Shown here: one piece after another, positions 10,215 to 20,538 of the stretch | Numbering within the stretch: the stretch's first letter is position 1 | Layout: each line of letters begins with the position of its first letter | Source: an uncultured Chloroflexia bacterium | GTDB lineage: Bacteria; Chloroflexota; Limnocylindria; Limnocylindrales; CSP1-4 | DNA length: 64,000 nucleotides | Assembly: GCA_963717255.1 (NCBI GenBank) | Contig: CAVQVT010000008.1 | Location: 4,134-68,133 of the forward strand | Direction: 5' to 3' | The notes under the pieces: model-generated | Told to the model about the DNA's origin: nothing | The model's input: the letters and a program-made list of their open reading frames with translations, nothing else | Database searches by the model: none | Made by a program: the position numbers and the translations under genes

Positions 10215-11433
10215 GTGTCGCGCGACGCCGGCTCCAAGCTCGAGCGGGCGATGCGCTCGGTCTCCGACGCCGGGATCGCCACCCCGCCCGCCTTCGGGGA
10301 AGCCGCCGGGGCGCGGGCGGCGGCCCTGGAGACCGCCGCGCTCGAGCGCGACGCGGAGGCGGTCGTGGCCGCGCTCGTCGGCGGCGCGGAGCGGCTGGTG
10401 GACGAAGCGGCGCCCGGCGCTGCCGCGGCGGAGAGTACCGCCGAGGCCGCGCCGCGACCGACGGAACCGGGGGTCGTCTCCATCGCCGTGCGGCCGCCCG
10501 GGAAGACGCCGGGCGTCACCGGCGACGACCCGTTCGCCGAGGCCGGCCGGAAGGTCCTGCGGTTCCACTTCGCGCGGATGCTCGCCCACGAGGACGGGAC
10601 GCGCGAGGGATCGGATGCCGAGGAGCTTCACGCGATGCGCGTCGCGACGCGCCGGATGCGGGCGGCGTGGCGGGTCTTCGGATCCGCGTACCGACCGGGC
10701 CGGTCGCAGCGGATGCGGGGCCACCTCAAGGAGGTGGCGAGCCGGCTCGGGGCGGTGCGGGACCTCGACGTGCAGATCGAGGGGCTCCGCGCGTACCAGG
10801 CCTCTCTGCCGTCCGGCGAGCGGCCGGGGATCTCGCCGCTCATCGCCGCCTGGGAGGCGGAGCGCGACGACGCGCGGATCCTCCTGCTGCGGGACCTCGA
10901 CTCGGCCGCGTACGGCCAGTGGGTGACGGCCTACTCGCACTTCGTGGTGACGGAGGGGCTCGGCGCGCTTCCGCAGCTCACCCCCACGTCGCCCCTGAGG
11001 GTGCGGGAGATGGCCGGCTCGCGCATCTGGACCGCGTACGAGGACGTGCGCGCCTACGAGGCGACGCTCCGCTGGGCCGACCTCGCCACCCTCCACCAGC
11101 TGCGGATCACGGCGAAGCGGCTCCGCTATGCGATCGAGTTCTTCCGCGAGGCGCTCGGCCCGGACGCCGCGTACGCGATCTCGCGCACGGTCGCCCTCCA
11201 GGACCACCTCGGGCGCGCTCCATGACGCGGAGGTGGCGGCGATGCGCGCCAGGAGCTTCTTCGTCGAGAGCTCGGGGCGGCTCTCCGAGGCCGAGACGGC
11301 CGCGATCGGCCACTACCTCAACAGCCGCGAGAAGGAGATGGCCCGGCTGCGACGGACGGTCGGCCGACCGTGGCGCGCGGTGATCGGACCGTCCTTCCGG
11401 CGATCCCTCGCGCGGTCGATCGCGGCGCTCTGA
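10215..11433 (+). pseudogene. CHAD domain protein, disrupted in the sequence as given by a +1 frameshift near 11211-11214. Same frame as the upstream CYTH ORF.
   Basis: DDPFAEAGRKVLRFHFARML...ELHAMRVATRRMRAAWRVFG...AVRDLDV is CHAD. The 10215 frame ends ...LQDHLGRAP*. The remaining CHAD C-terminus (GALHDAEVAAMRARSFF...SLARSIAAL) is in the +1 frame (ORF 11128..11433). The intact paralog at 38631..39782 reads LQDHLGAQHDLHVA across the same point. Confidence 0.8.
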
Positions 11434-11807
11434 CGCCCGGGCGCCCTGGCTGTCGGCCGGGCGGGCCTCTGTCCGGACCGGGTGGGTCCTGGCGGCCCGG
11501 CCGCCTCCTGATGGACCGGCGGGTCCTTCGAGGCCGCCCGCCGAGGCGTGCGTCGCCGCGCATCACCCGGGAGACTGCCGAAGGCGGGCTTGATCGCCGC
11601 GCATCAGCCGACGACGGATCCCGGCGACCGGGCCGCTGACCGGCGTGCGTGCGCTCCGCACGGGAGGCCGGTGCAGCATCCGTCGCGAGTCCCCGGGGTG
11701 ATGCGCGGCGATCGGGCGTCGCCCCGGTCCCGCGCGGCAGCGGCCGCCGACCTGGGATCCGCCGCCCCCTGCCGGGGTCGCGCGCACGCTGTCCGTGCCG
11801 CGCGAGG

Positions 11808-12728
11808 TCAGCCCACGCCGACGAGGTGCGGGAGGGCGTCGCGCCAGGCGGCGCCCGCGCGGGCGGACGCGATCGCCGCCCCCTGCCGGATGCCCTCGTC
11901 GGTCGCGACCGCGGCGTCGAGCCCGTAGCGATCGAGGATCGCCTCGACGATCGCCGCGCCCGCGCCCAGGATGCGCGCGCGCTGGACGCGGATCGTGTGC
12001 TGCTCGGCGACCGACACGGCCGGCTCCAGCAGCAGCGCCGCGAGCGCGCGCGCGAGGCGCTCGCGCGTGAGGACGTCGTCGGTGGGCGCGGCCGCGCCAA
12101 CCTTCAGGAGGTTGGACGCCGTGCCCCCCACGAGGACGATCCGCTCGGGCCGAGCGTCCGGCGCGCTCTCCAGGACGTGCGCGGCCTCGGCCCGGATCGC
12201 GTCCAGCTCGGCGGGCGTCGGCGGGTCGTGGCCCACGTGGTGGGCGCTGGCGCGGGCCGATCCCAGCTGCAGCCCCCGCATGACCGGCCCGCGGCCCGGC
12301 CCGGCGACGACGATCTCGCTGCTGCCACCGCCGATGTCCACGATGACGATCTCCGCGTCGAGCGGTACCCCGCCGGTCGCGCCGAGGAGCGTCAGCAGGC
12401 CTTCTTCGTCGTGCCGGAGGACGTGGAACGGGAGGCCCACCGCATCGCAGATGCGGGCGACGACGCGCGCGGCGTTTCCCGCCCGGCGGAAGGGCTCTGT
12501 CCCGAGCAGGACCGGCTCCGCAGCTCCGAGCGACCGCGCACGCCCGACGTACGTCGTGAGCGCCCCGATGACGGCGTCGGCGACATCGGCGGGGACGATC
12601 TCCGACGCGTACACCGCGGCACCGAGGCCGAGCAGGACGGACTCGTCCGCGAGGGTCTCGACGGACTCGTCGACCCGCGCCACGAGGAGGTGCGTCGAGT
12701 TCGCGCCGACGTCGATCGCGGCGACCGT
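11808..12728 (-). CDS. ppx: Ppx/GppA family phosphatase (exopolyphosphatase-like). The 5' end is unresolved.
   Basis: My own translation gives ...PTVAAIDVGANSTHLLVARVDES...IVIVDIGGGSSEIV...LVGGTASN. The conserved N-terminal DxGxNS motif lies upstream of the first ATG/GTG (12683). The frame is open up to a stop at 13170 with no ATG, GTG or TTG. Confidence 0.8.
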   Translation of the reverse strand, partial: TVAAIDVGANSTHLLVARVDESVETLADESVLLGLGAAVYASEIVPADVADAVIGALTTYVGRARSLGAAEPVLLGTEPFRRAGNAARVVARICDAVGLPFHVLRHDEEGLLTLLGATGGVPLDAEIVIVDIGGGSSEIVVAGPGRGPVMRGLQLGSARASAHHVGHDPPTPAELDAIRAEAAHVLESAPDARPERIVLVGGTASNLLKVGAAAPTDDVLTRERLARALAALLLEPAVSVAEQHTIRVQRARILGAGAAIVEAILDRYGLDAAVATDEGIRQGAAIASARAGAAWRDALPHLVGVG

Positions 12729-13018
12729 GGGCGGTGCCAGGGCGGACGTGGCGGCGAAGGCGGGCGCGGCGACCCGGGCCGCAGCGGACGCGGCCGCCGC
12801 GCTCAGGTCCGCGGCGGGGCCCGGGACGGAGCCTTCGACGACCCCCGCGGCCTGCGACGGAGAGGTCGGCGCGACGGCCGGCGTCCCGGCGGCCTCCTCA
12901 GCCGGCGGGATCGGTGCCGGGGGTGGCGTCTCTGGGACGCCTCCGCGGGGCGCGGGTCGTCCGCGCCGCGGCCGGTGTGCGGCGGCGCACGGGGGCGGCC
13001 GGGGGATCCGGCGCAGGC

Positions 13019-13489
13019 TCAGGAGCCGGAGCGGGTCCGGCCGTCGGGACGGGGCCGGCCGTCGCGGCGGGCTCGGGCCGGGGCCGCGCAGGGGCGCGGC
13101 GCGGGGCCGGCGGGGCGGCCATCGCGTCGGTGGGCGGCACCCGGCGTGCTCGCGGCCGGCGAGCCGGGATCAGCGCCTGCGGTCCCCGGGACGATGACGC
13201 CGAGCGACCGAGCCTCGCGGAGCGCGGCCGCCAGCTCGCGCTCGAGCGCGCGGACCTCCCGCTCGGCGTCGGCGAGCGCCTCCCGACGGCGGTCGAGCCG
13301 GCGGCGCGCCTTCCCGACCTCGTCGTCGAGCGTCGCGATGCGCTTCCGCAGCGTCTTGTCGCGCTTCGCGGCCACGGCGGCCCCGTCGAGGCCGGCCGTC
13401 GCATCCGCGGCGGCCCTGCCCTGCGGCGTCTCGGCCGCGTCGGGGACAGGCGCCTCCGCCTGCCGTCGCTTCGCGCGCTTCCTGCCCAT
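13019..13489 (-). CDS. Hypothetical basic coiled-coil protein with a Pro/Ala-rich tail
   Basis: ATG at 13489 is preceded by GGAGGA. MGRKRAKRRQ...KRDKTLRKRIATLDDEVGKARRRLDRRREALADAEREVRALERELAAALREARSLG. The C-terminal third is low-complexity and all three frames are open there. Confidence 0.4.
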   Translation of the reverse strand: MGRKRAKRRQAEAPVPDAAETPQGRAAADATAGLDGAAVAAKRDKTLRKRIATLDDEVGKARRRLDRRREALADAEREVRALERELAAALREARSLGVIVPGTAGADPGSPAASTPGAAHRRDGRPAGPAPRPCAAPARARRDGRPRPDGRTRSGS

Positions 13490-13570
13490 CGGGTCCTCCG
13501 TCCGAGCTGTGGTCACCCATAAGTGTCGCATCGCTGGGCGATCGGCGGAGAGCCCGACGTGCCGACAGCC

Positions 13571-13609
13571 ATTCACCGACCGTTAACACGCGAAACATCC
13601 CGCGTTCAG
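13571..13609 (+). promoter_or_regulatory. PHO-box-like array: hexamers ATTCAC, GTTAAC, (AAACAT), GTTCAG phased every 11 bp, 104-142 nt upstream of pstS1
   Basis: Read directly. Hexamer starts are at 13571, 13582, 13593 and 13604. This resembles the 11-nt direct repeat units with a GTTCAC core known for actinobacterial PhoP. Confidence 0.5.
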
Positions 13610-13712
13610 ACGGCCGGGCCAGCATGCGGTCAGGCTCCGTCATCGGGGCCGCGTGCCCGACCCGCCCGGCCGAGACTCCGGGACCGCGGAGGGCCCCGAG
13701 GAGGAACCACGA

Positions 13713-14741
<1,029 letters not shown>

Positions 14742-14756
14742 TCTGAGATAGCACCG

Positions 14757-14795
14757 GACACGCCGGCGCCGCCCGACGGGCGGCGCCGGCGTGTC
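14757..14795 (+). terminator. Perfect 18-bp stem / 3-nt loop hairpin between pstS1 and pstC1 (likely intra-operon attenuator/processing structure)
   Basis: GACACGCCGGCGCCGCCC-gac-GGGCGGCGCCGGCGTGTC read directly. Confidence 0.6.
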
Positions 14796-14822
14796 GATAC
14801 CCTCCCAGGAGTAGACGGCAGG

Positions 14823-15740
14823 ATGGCGACGACCAGGCCGCTCCCGACGCTCACGCGACGGCGCCCCGCGTCCGAGCGCGTCATCGAGGCGTTCCTCTTC
14901 CTCGCGGCGGCTGTCGGGGTGCTGACGACGATCGGGATCATCGTCGTCCTCGGGTACGAGACGCTCCAGTTCTTCACGAAGGTCAGCCCCGTCGAGTTCC
15001 TCACGGGGACCGTGTGGTCGGCATCGATCAAGCCGTACCAGTTCGGCGTGCTCCCCCTCGTCGTGAGCACGCTCATGGTCGCCGGGATCGCGCTCATCAT
15101 CGGCGTCCCGCTCGGACTGCTCTCGGCGGTCTACCTCGCCGAGTACGCGACCCCGCGGGTGCGGACGATGGTGAAGCCGATCCTCGAGCTGATCGCCGGG
15201 ATCCCGACGATCGTCCTCGGCTTCTTCGCGATCAACTTCCTCACGCCGAACATCCTCAAGGTCCTCATCCCGAGCATCGGCGGCTTCTCGGCGCTCTCCG
15301 CCGGGATCGTGGTGGGGATCCTCGTGACGCCGCTCATCGCGTCGCTCTCGGAGGACGCGATGCGATCGGTGCCTCGCGCGCTCCGCGAGGGGGCCTTCGC
15401 GATGGGTGCGACCCGGTTCGAGGTCATCCGGAAGGTGGTCCTGCCCGCCGCCCTCTCCGGGATCATGGCGTCGGTCATCCTCGCGATGTCCCGGGCGGTG
15501 GGCGAGACGATGGCGGTGGTCCTCGCCGCGGGCACCAACCCGAATCTCACGCTCAACCCCCTCGAGAGCGTGCAGACGATGACGGCGTTCATCGTCCAGA
15601 TCAGCCTCGGCGACACGCCCGCGGATTCGATCCAGTTCTACAGCCTCTTCGCCGTGGCGGCGCTCCTGTTCGTCATGACGCTCGGTCTCAACCTGCTGTC
15701 CGACTGGATCGTCCGGCGGTACCGCAATGCGTACGAATGA
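14823..15740 (+). CDS. pstC: Phosphate ABC transporter permease PstC
   Basis: 305-aa multi-TM protein with the EAA-loop region LSEDAMRSVPRALREGAFAMGATRFEVIRKVVLP. Lies in pstSCAB order. Confidence 0.9.
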   Translation: MATTRPLPTLTRRRPASERVIEAFLFLAAAVGVLTTIGIIVVLGYETLQFFTKVSPVEFLTGTVWSASIKPYQFGVLPLVVSTLMVAGIALIIGVPLGLLSAVYLAEYATPRVRTMVKPILELIAGIPTIVLGFFAINFLTPNILKVLIPSIGGFSALSAGIVVGILVTPLIASLSEDAMRSVPRALREGAFAMGATRFEVIRKVVLPAALSGIMASVILAMSRAVGETMAVVLAAGTNPNLTLNPLESVQTMTAFIVQISLGDTPADSIQFYSLFAVAALLFVMTLGLNLLSDWIVRRYRNAYE

Positions 15741-15749
15741 GGCCCTGAC

Positions 15750-16661
15750 GTGACCGCCCTGCCCTCCTCCGCGCCCCAGCCGGCCGCCGCGGCCCCGCGG
15801 TTCGAGCCGAACCTCGCCCGCCGCAAGCTGGCCGGCACCCTCTTCCTCGGCGCCGCGGTCTTCGCGATCGGGATCGCGCTGCTCGTCCTCGTGCTGCTGC
15901 TGTTCGACGTGTTCACCCGCGGGCTCCCGTACCTCGACTGGGACTTCATCACGGGTGTCCCGTCCCGTCGGCCGGCGAACGCGGGCGTCTGGCCGGCGAT
16001 CGTCGGGTCCCTGTACATCGGGATCATCACCGCCGTCATCACGTTCCCCGTCGGCGTCGCGGCGGCCGTCTACCTCGAGGAGTACGCGCCACGATCGCGG
16101 GTCACCCGGCTGCTCCGGACGAACATCTCGAACCTCGCCGGCGTCCCGTCGATCATCTACGGCGTCTTCGGCCTCGCCCTCTTCGTCCGCGCGCTGAGCT
16201 TCGGGTACACGCTCCTCAGCGGCGCGCTGACCCTCTCGCTGCTCGTCCTCCCGGTCGTGATCATCGCGAGCATGGAGGCGATCCGGGCGGTGCCCGACTC
16301 GCAGCGCGAGGGCGCCTACGCGCTCGGTGCGACTCGGTGGCAGATGGTCCGGCGCGCCGTCATCCCCGCGGCGGCGCCCGGCATCATGACCGGCATCATC
16401 CTCTCGATGGCGCGGGCCATCGGGGAGACGGCGCCGCTCATCCTGGTCGGGGCCGTGACGTTCGTCACCTACCCGCCGAACCCGGTCCAGGGCGGCTACA
16501 CCGTCCTGCCGATCCAGATCTTCCAGTGGGCGAGCCGCCCGCAGGAGGCGTTCCAGGCGATCGCGGCCGCCGCGATCATCGTCCTGCTCGTCCTCCTCCT
16601 GATTCTCAACGCGCTGGCTCTCTTCGTGCGGGCGCGCCTCTCACGACACCTCCAGTGGTAA
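15750..16661 (+). CDS. pstA: Phosphate ABC transporter permease PstA
   Basis: [41 protein letters not shown]. Lies in operon position. Confidence 0.9.
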   Translation: MTALPSSAPQPAAAAPRFEPNLARRKLAGTLFLGAAVFAIGIALLVLVLLLFDVFTRGLPYLDWDFITGVPSRRPANAGVWPAIVGSLYIGIITAVITFPVGVAAAVYLEEYAPRSRVTRLLRTNISNLAGVPSIIYGVFGLALFVRALSFGYTLLSGALTLSLLVLPVVIIASMEAIRAVPDSQREGAYALGATRWQMVRRAVIPAAAPGIMTGIILSMARAIGETAPLILVGAVTFVTYPPNPVQGGYTVLPIQIFQWASRPQEAFQAIAAAAIIVLLVLLLILNALALFVRARLSRHLQW

Positions 16662-16665
16662 CCCC

Positions 16666-17604
16666 GTGAACGCAGAGGACCGAATGGTGGACCCCACGAC
16701 GACCGCAGCCGGGGGCGTCGAGGCGCAGGCGCCCGCGCCCGCCCCGACCGCGTTGCCGACCCCCGGGCCCAGCTCCCCGAGGACGCCCGCGATCCGCATC
16801 GACATCGCCGGCAGGACAGGCGAGGACGCCAGCCGAGCCGGCGACATGATCGTCGAGCTCACCGGCGTCTCCTGCTACTACGGGTCGTTCCGGGCGATCC
16901 GCGACGTCTCGATGGCGATCCAGCGGAACCGGATCACGGCACTCATCGGCCCGTCCGGCTGCGGCAAGTCCACGCTCCTCAGGACGATGAACCGGATGAA
17001 CGACCTCGTGCCGGGCTTCCGTGTGGACGGCAGCCTCGTGTTCGAGGGGAAGGACATATTCGACCGCTCGGTGGACGCGGTGGCGCTCCGCAGGGTCGTC
17101 GGCATGGTGTTCCAGAAGCCGAACCCGTTCCCCAAGTCGATCTTCGACAACGTCGCGTTCGGACCGAAGATCAACGGGTACCGTGGGAACATGGGCGACC
17201 TGGTGGAGGAGTCGCTGCGCCGCGCCGCGCTCTGGGACGAGGTGAAGGACAAGCTCAAGCAGTCGGCCCTCGCTCTCTCGGGCGGCCAGCAGCAGCGCCT
17301 CTGCATCGCCCGCACGATCGCGATCGAGCCGGAGCTCATCCTCATGGACGAGCCCTGCTCCGCACTCGACCCGCGAGCGACGCTCCAGATCGAGGAACTC
17401 ATGGAGGACCTCAAGGAGCAGTACACGATCCTCATCGTGACGCACAACATGCAGCAGGCGGCGAGGGCCTCGGACCACACGGTCTTCCTCACGATGGGCG
17501 ACGACCGAGCCGGCTACCTCGTCGAGGAGGGTCCGACCAACCAGATCTTCACGAACCCGAAGGAGCGGCTCACCGAGGAGTACGTCTCGGGTCGGTTCGG
17601 GTGA
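16666..17604 (+). CDS. pstB: Phosphate import ATP-binding protein PstB, with an N-terminal extension of about 60 aa (start uncertain)
   Basis: [72 protein letters not shown]. Confidence 0.92.
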   Translation: MNAEDRMVDPTTTAAGGVEAQAPAPAPTALPTPGPSSPRTPAIRIDIAGRTGEDASRAGDMIVELTGVSCYYGSFRAIRDVSMAIQRNRITALIGPSGCGKSTLLRTMNRMNDLVPGFRVDGSLVFEGKDIFDRSVDAVALRRVVGMVFQKPNPFPKSIFDNVAFGPKINGYRGNMGDLVEESLRRAALWDEVKDKLKQSALALSGGQQQRLCIARTIAIEPELILMDEPCSALDPRATLQIEELMEDLKEQYTILIVTHNMQQAARASDHTVFLTMGDDRAGYLVEEGPTNQIFTNPKERLTEEYVSGRFG

Positions 17605-17614
17605 AAGGACGACG

Positions 17615-18394
17615 ATGAACGACCACGCGCACGAGCCCGCCGACCCGATCCAGGTCCGGGCAGGGATGTCGCTCGACGCGACCGGCGATCACGTAGCGGA
17701 AGGGCCCGCCCCGACGACGGTCGAGCCCGCGCACTCGATCGCGAGGCCGATCCTCGACCGCGAGATGCGCGACGTGAAGGACGCGATCATCCGGCTGGGG
17801 AGCTCGGTCCAGGACGCGCTGATCCGGGCGATGGACGCGCTCGTCCGGCACGACGCGGAGGCGGCCACAGCCGTCATCCGGGACGACGCGCGGATCAACG
17901 CGATGCGCGGCGAGGTGGAGGATCTCGTCATCCTCTCGATCGCGACGCAGAGCCCGGTCGCGCGCGACCTCCGGTACCTCCTCATGCTCGACAACGTCTC
18001 GAGCGAGCTCGAGCGGATCGGCGACTACGCCGCGAACGTCGCCAAGCAGGCACGCAAGCTCGCGCCGGAGCCGCCCCTGAGGGAGTACGTCCACCTGCCG
18101 GAGCTCGGCCGCCTGGCGGCCGACGGCGTCGGCCGGATCACGCGGGCGCTCATCGACCTCGATCCCGACGAGGCACGGGCGGTCGCCGCGGCGGACGACG
18201 ACATCGACCGGCTCTACCACGCGATCATCGACGAGACGAAGACGCTCATGGCCGCGGACGGCGCGAACGTGGAGCGCGGCCTGCGGATCGTCTTCGCCGC
18301 ACACTACCTCGAACGGGCCGGCGACCGGATGACGAACATCGCGGAGGACGTCGTGTTCCTCGCCACGGGTCACATGGAAGACCTGAACGCGTAG
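17615..18394 (+). CDS. phoU: Phosphate signalling complex protein PhoU
   Basis: Two PhoU repeats, ending ...LLMLDNVSSELERIGDYAANVAK and ...AAHYLERAGDRMTNIAEDVVF. Confidence 0.9.
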   Translation: MNDHAHEPADPIQVRAGMSLDATGDHVAEGPAPTTVEPAHSIARPILDREMRDVKDAIIRLGSSVQDALIRAMDALVRHDAEAATAVIRDDARINAMRGEVEDLVILSIATQSPVARDLRYLLMLDNVSSELERIGDYAANVAKQARKLAPEPPLREYVHLPELGRLAADGVGRITRALIDLDPDEARAVAAADDDIDRLYHAIIDETKTLMAADGANVERGLRIVFAAHYLERAGDRMTNIAEDVVFLATGHMEDLNA

Positions 18395-18443
18395 GCTTGC
18401 CGCAGACCGCCCGACGGGCGGCGGCGCGGGAGGGCGAGGTCGG

Positions 18444-18944
18444 ATGGGCGCGGAACGGACCGGGCGAGTCGAGCTCTACTTCCTGCGGCACGCCGATGCC
18501 GGCGACCCGCTCGCATGGGAAGGGCCAGACGAGGACCGGCCGCTGAGCGGCAAGGGTGAGCGCCAGGCCGAGCGGGTCGCGCGGCTGCTCGGCGCAGGCG
18601 CGACGCGGCCCGACGCCGTCATCTCATCGCCGAAGCTGCGGGCATTCCAGACGGCCCGGATCGTGGCAGCGGAGATCGGCCTGGAGGTGGCGATCAACGA
18701 CCGCCTCGCCGACGACCTTGACGTGGCGTCGCTCGACGCGCTGGTGGAGGAGGCGGGGTTCCCCGGGCGGCCGCTCCTCGTGGGTCACGACCCGGACTTC
18801 AGCGCGACCGTCTCCGCGCTCGTCGGGGCGGACATCCTGGTCCGGAAGGGGGCCCTCGTCCGCGTCGACGCGGACCTGCCGCTCTCGACCGGCGCCGGCG
18901 AGCTGCACTGGCTCATCCCGCCGGACGCGCTCAAGCCACGGTAG
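18444..18944 (+). CDS. Histidine phosphatase superfamily protein, SixA-like
   Basis: VELYFLRHADAG...RPLSGKGERQAERVARLL...VISSPKLRAFQTARIVA...LLVGHDPDF shows the RHG/H motifs of branch-1 histidine phosphatases. Confidence 0.75.
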   Translation: MGAERTGRVELYFLRHADAGDPLAWEGPDEDRPLSGKGERQAERVARLLGAGATRPDAVISSPKLRAFQTARIVAAEIGLEVAINDRLADDLDVASLDALVEEAGFPGRPLLVGHDPDFSATVSALVGADILVRKGALVRVDADLPLSTGAGELHWLIPPDALKPR

Positions 18945-18970
18945 GGCGGGCCGACTCCGGCGCCGACTCC

Positions 18971-19720
18971 CTATCCGATCGCGAGGTCGGCCACCAGCCC
19001 GACGTGGTCGGATGGATACAACGAGGGGTCGCCGACGGCCGGGCGGTCGTACGCGACGCGCGCGCCCAGGACGACCACCGCGCCGCGGACCCAGACGTAG
19101 TCGATGCACCCGGGGTCGCCGTCCGTGTCCATCGCGGGGGCCCGCAGCCCGGACGGCCACGTGACGGCGGGTTCGGCACCGTTCACCTCGAGGTAGGCCG
19201 AGCGGAACCCGGCCGCGCGCATCCGCGCGTACGCGGACTCGTGCGGCGTCGCGTTGAAGTCGCCCACGACCACCTGCGCGTCCGTCGGCGGCGAGGCGTC
19301 GAGCCACGCGACGAGCGCCGCCGACTGGGCGTCGCGCTTCTCGGCGTCAGGCACCTCGTGATGGAGGTGGGTGACCGACGTGAGGACGGTCGCCCCACCC
19401 TGGAGGGCGACGACGACCCGGTGCGCCGACCGGTTCAGCCCGAGATCGAGCCGGTCGTACGCGTCGAAGGCCAGCGGCTGCCGGACCAGGAGGCTGTTGC
19501 CGTACTCGGGCCGACCCGCCCATCCGCGGACCTCGGCGTACCGGGCCTCCCCCGCTGCCCCGATGAGACGATCCTGCTGGAGGACGTAGACGACCTCCTG
19601 CAGCCCGAGAAGGTCGGGCGCGAGCGCCGCCGTGTCCGCAAGGAGGAGCGGCAGTCGTTCGTCCCAGCGGTCGGCGAGGTTGCGGATGTTGAGCGTCGCG
19701 ACGCGGACACGGTCGGTCAT
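18971..19720 (-). CDS. Endonuclease/exonuclease/phosphatase (EEP) family protein
   Basis: MTDRVRVATLNIRN...DLLGLQEV...VVVGDFNATPHES...SDHVGLVADL. ATG at 19720 is preceded by GGAGGAG and overlaps the upstream stop (ATGA). Confidence 0.8.
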   Translation of the reverse strand: MTDRVRVATLNIRNLADRWDERLPLLLADTAALAPDLLGLQEVVYVLQQDRLIGAAGEARYAEVRGWAGRPEYGNSLLVRQPLAFDAYDRLDLGLNRSAHRVVVALQGGATVLTSVTHLHHEVPDAEKRDAQSAALVAWLDASPPTDAQVVVGDFNATPHESAYARMRAAGFRSAYLEVNGAEPAVTWPSGLRAPAMDTDGDPGCIDYVWVRGAVVVLGARVAYDRPAVGDPSLYPSDHVGLVADLAIG

Positions 19721-20538
19721 CCCGGAGGCTCCTCCTCGGTGGACACGATGGCGGACACGGCCGAGCCGGCACGATCTCCGTCGGCCGGCACGGGCCGCCC
19801 GCCCGCGACGGCAGCCACCGTGGCGGCCCCTCGATCGAGCGCGTCGTCCTCCACGCAGACCGCGGCGACCCCGAGCGCGGCGAGCTCCGCCAGGAGCGGC
19901 GCGTGCCGCACGGTCCACGCCGCGACCACGAGTCCGGCGGCGTGCGCGGCCGCGACGCCCGCGGCGTCGATCGTCGCCATCTCCGCGGAGACGCCACGCA
20001 CGCCCAGCGTCACGGCATCCGCGATCGCGGTCGCGTCGAGGGCCATCACGTTGAGCCAGGCCGGCCATGCGGGCGCCAGCCGGCGGAAGCTGGCGACGGT
20101 CGTCCGATCGAAGCTCGACACCACCGTGAGGTCCGGCCTCGACCCTCGCCCGGCGCGGATCACGGGCACGACGGCCGCCGCGATGTCCTCCTTCAGCTCG
20201 ATGTCGAGGAACGCGAGCGGCGGGAGCGCGGCCAGTGTCTCGCGGAGCGTCGGCATGCCGGCCGCCGCCAGCTCGGCCGGCGCGAGGTCGGCGACCCTCT
20301 CGGCGCGCCCGAAGACGCGCTCCAGGGTCTCGTCGTGCGCGAGGACCGGCGTCCCGTCGCGGGCGGCGCGGACGTCGAGCTCCAGGCCGTCGCAGCCAGG
20401 CACGGCGAGGGCGGCGAGCAGGGCGTCGATCGTGTTCTCCGGGCGCCCCCGCGCGTCGCCGCGGTGCGCCAGGATCAGCGTCCGCCCGGTGGCCGGGCGC
20501 GGGCCATGCTCAGCCCGGCCCGGATCGCCACGCGTCAC
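19717..20538 (-). CDS. Glycerophosphodiester phosphodiesterase (GDPD) family protein
   Basis: LILAHRGDARGRPENTIDALLAALAVPGCDGLELDVRAARDGTPVLAHDETL. The GTG at 20538 overlaps the kinase stop (GTGA). Confidence 0.8.
   Translation of the reverse strand: MTRGDPGRAEHGPRPATGRTLILAHRGDARGRPENTIDALLAALAVPGCDGLELDVRAARDGTPVLAHDETLERVFGRAERVADLAPAELAAAGMPTLRETLAALPPLAFLDIELKEDIAAAVVPVIRAGRGSRPDLTVVSSFDRTTVASFRRLAPAWPAWLNVMALDATAIADAVTLGVRGVSAEMATIDAAGVAAAHAAGLVVAAWTVRHAPLLAELAALGVAAVCVEDDALDRGAATVAAVAGGRPVPADGDRAGSAVSAIVSTEEEPPG

Noticed and set aside
7713-11207. 1164-aa minus-strand ORF and the 1101-aa plus-strand ORF 8078..11383
   Set aside because: Both overlap the unambiguous ppk1, CYTH and CHAD frames. 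Their translations are low-complexity (R/P/G/D/E) with no recognisable motifs.
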